Source: Takakia lepidozioides (taxonomy: Eukaryota > Plantae > Bryophyta). From it: a stretch of DNA of 64,000 nt. The notes beneath the pieces are model-generated. The model saw nothing but the letters and a program-made list of their open reading frames with translations. It had not been told where the DNA came from and made no database searches. The stretch's first letter is position 1, and the number at the start of each line of letters is the position of its first letter. Made by a program: the position numbers and the translations under genes. Shown here piece after piece: positions 61,875-64,000 of this stretch. Where the stretch lies: NCBI GenBank assembly GCA_030704615.1, contig CM060731.1:78244001-78308000 (forward strand), in the 5' to 3' direction.

Positions 61875-62790
61875 ACTCTCAGAATGACACAAAGTACAAC
61901 AATTCAGCTTTTGACAATGTCACCATGGACCTCTTCCCCCTTTACCAGGTTTGCCCCACACTCCCTTTGCATCCTCTACGCACCCGCATTTGGCAGACCT
62001 GTCCACCAGGGCACTATTCAGAATGACATAAGATACAATTCCAGCTTTTGACAATGTCACTGTGGACCTCTTCCCCCTTTTCCAGGTCTGCCCCACACTC
62101 CCTTTGCATCCTCTATGCACCCGCATTTGGCATACATGTCCACCGAGGCACTGTTCAGATGACATAAGGTACAATTCCAGCTTTTGACAATGTCACCATG
62201 GACCTCTTCCCCCTTTTCCAGGTCTGCCCCCCACTCCCTTGGCATCCTCTACGCACTCGCATTTGACAAACCTATCCACCAGGGCACTCTTCAGAATGAC
62301 ATAAGGTACAATTCCAGCTTTTGATAATGTCACCATGGACCTCAGCTTCCCCCTTTTCCAAGTCTGCCCCACACTCCCTTTGCATCCTCTACGCACCCGC
62401 ATTTGGCAGACCTGTCCACCTGGGCAATATTCAGATGACATAAGGTACAATTCCAGCTTTTGACAATGTCACCATGGCTCTTCCCCCTTTTCCAGGTCTG
62501 CCCAACACTCCTTTTGCATCCTCTACGCACCCGCATTTGGCAGACCTGTCCACCAGGGAACTGCTCAGATGACATAAGGTACAATTCCAGCTTTTGACAA
62601 TGTCACCGTGGACCTTTTCCCCCTTTTCCAGGTTTGCCCCGCACTCCCTTTGCATCCTCTATGCACCCGCATTTGGCAGACCTGTCCACCAGGGGGCACT
62701 ATTCATAATGACATAAGGTACATTAATTTCAGCTTTTGACAATGTCACCATGCACCTCTTCCCCCTTTTCCAGGTCTGCCCAACAGTATT
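61875..62790 (-). repeat. Minisatellite of ~7 units of 134-142 bp derived from a PLS-type PPR motif
   Basis: CAGCTTTTGA(C/T)AATGT recurs at 61905, 62042, 62178, 62315, 62454, 62588, 62730; encodes EVHGDIVK/AGIV..NSALVD.YAKCGC.EDA across frameshifts. Confidence 0.9.
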
Positions 62791-62949
62791 CCATTTGCAT
62801 GGACTCTATGCACCAACTTTTTGAATCTTGAGCCAAAGCTCAGCCCCTAATCACCCTCACTGCACTAGACTTAATTCAAACTCAAGGGGGGGAACCCGAC
62901 CTTTGCTCCATCACTATGCTCCATGACACAGCCCCTTAGCTGCCCATCA

Positions 62950-63320
62950 CTCCCTTTGCATCTTACACATACCCACATTTGACATACATGTCCGTCAGGG
63001 CAGCTTTCATAATGACATCTGATACAATCACTATAGCTTTGACGATGCCACCGTGGACCTCGTCTCCAATCTCCAGGGCTGCCAAGCTTGTACATGTGCT
63101 CAGAGGCCTCCCTCCGCTGCCCTTGTAGCGCTTATAGCATGCCACCATCACGCTCTATGACACCACATTCCGTTCAGCCATACTGCCCAACACCCCCTTT
63201 AATGCATCCTTCATGCACCCGCATTTGGCATACATGTCCACCACAGTACTGGTCAGATTGACATCTGATACAATCCCAGCTTTGATGATGCCACCATGGA
63301 TCTCTTTCATTTTCCAGGGC
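62950..63320 (-). pseudogene. PLS-class PPR gene relic
   Basis: EIHGGIIKAGIVSDVNLTSTVVDMYAKCGCMKDA..MAERNVVS*, CTSLAALEIGDEVHG..LTDMYVKCG. Confidence 0.85.
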
Positions 63321-64000
63321 TGCCAGGATCGCACACGCATTGCAAACACAAACGAAAGTGACTGGCCTGGGCTAGAAGAATACCAAATCATGGTACTAAC
63401 AGGAGGCAAGAGCCCGCATTTCCAGGATGGACAAACTTCTTCCCATCGTACCTTAAGAAAATGCCACACCTTGCAACTACAGTTGTCCCACCATCGTGAA
63501 GGATCTTTCAAAAACTTTTGCCTAGTCCGTGCTGCAAATTCAGGGGCGCCAAGTTTGATGAGAGGGAAAAACAAGCTGAAATAGCTCAAAGAAGAAGGTG
63601 CCCTCACCACATTGTCCTTGACCTTGTGTCGTGACCCATGGAGGATTTGACCTCCCATCAACCCCAAAAGGATCTCTTCTGTGTGCTGTTGATGGCTGTA
63701 GTCAGGTAGTGTCAGATTGGTCTTTGAGAACCACCACGGTGCAGCTGAGCAGGCAGAGATTGAAACACAGCCTGCTAAGACCAAGCTGACCCTCCCAAGA
63801 ACCTTGTAAACATTAGGAAGAATACCATGCCCTTCGGTCGACCACCCACCCACGAACACGGGAGAGGAGGGGAGAGGAAAGGAAAGGAGAGGAGGGAAAA
63901 GAGAGAGCAAAAAAATTGATACCGCGATTTGATCCCGCCCTGCATCGCAGCCTACACGATGTCATTACCACTAGATTACCCCTTAAAATTCAACAACCCC

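Noticed and set aside
61875-62790. CRISPR-like regular repeats
   Set aside because: No unique spacers; whole units repeat and are PPR-derived; eukaryotic context.

Overview
Eukaryotic nuclear DNA from a land plant: plant telomere repeat TTTAGGG, spliced B3 and RPA1 genes, and PLS-type PPR relics. A non-seed plant such as a hornwort or lycophyte is plausible but is inference only. The left ~44.7 kb is almost entirely retroelement-derived and looks like a present or former chromosome end. (1) 1.4-9.7 kb: a decayed Ty3/gypsy element whose pol carries a C5 cytosine DNA methyltransferase between protease and RT, plus a PHD finger after integrase. (2) 11-27 kb: two oppositely oriented copies of an endonuclease-less Penelope-like element (PLE-B). 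In both, the RT stop is followed by the same module: a tRNA-derived SINE-like unit and an antisense Crinkler-type P-loop NTPase + restriction-endonuclease-fold gene. (3) 17-30 kb: a patchwork of short repeated segments and LINE 3' ends, with a 500-N gap. (4) 30-36 kb: a deleted chromovirus; further copies of the family lie at 9.8-11 kb and 58.3-60.7 kb. (5) 36.2-44.7 kb: a head-to-tail array of a near-intact endonuclease-less PLE (PLE-A) and a ~1.15 kb non-coding derivative. Both carry minimal hammerhead ribozymes, end in CCCTAAA and are separated by short (CCCTAAA)n runs, which reads as a record of alternating telomerase and retrotransposon extension. PLE ORF2 shows a conserved -1 frameshift signal. 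Right of 44.7 kb is ordinary genic sequence: a REM-type B3 gene, RPA1 with a disabled CCHC tail, a chorismate synthase exon relic, small TEs and a PPR-derived minisatellite.
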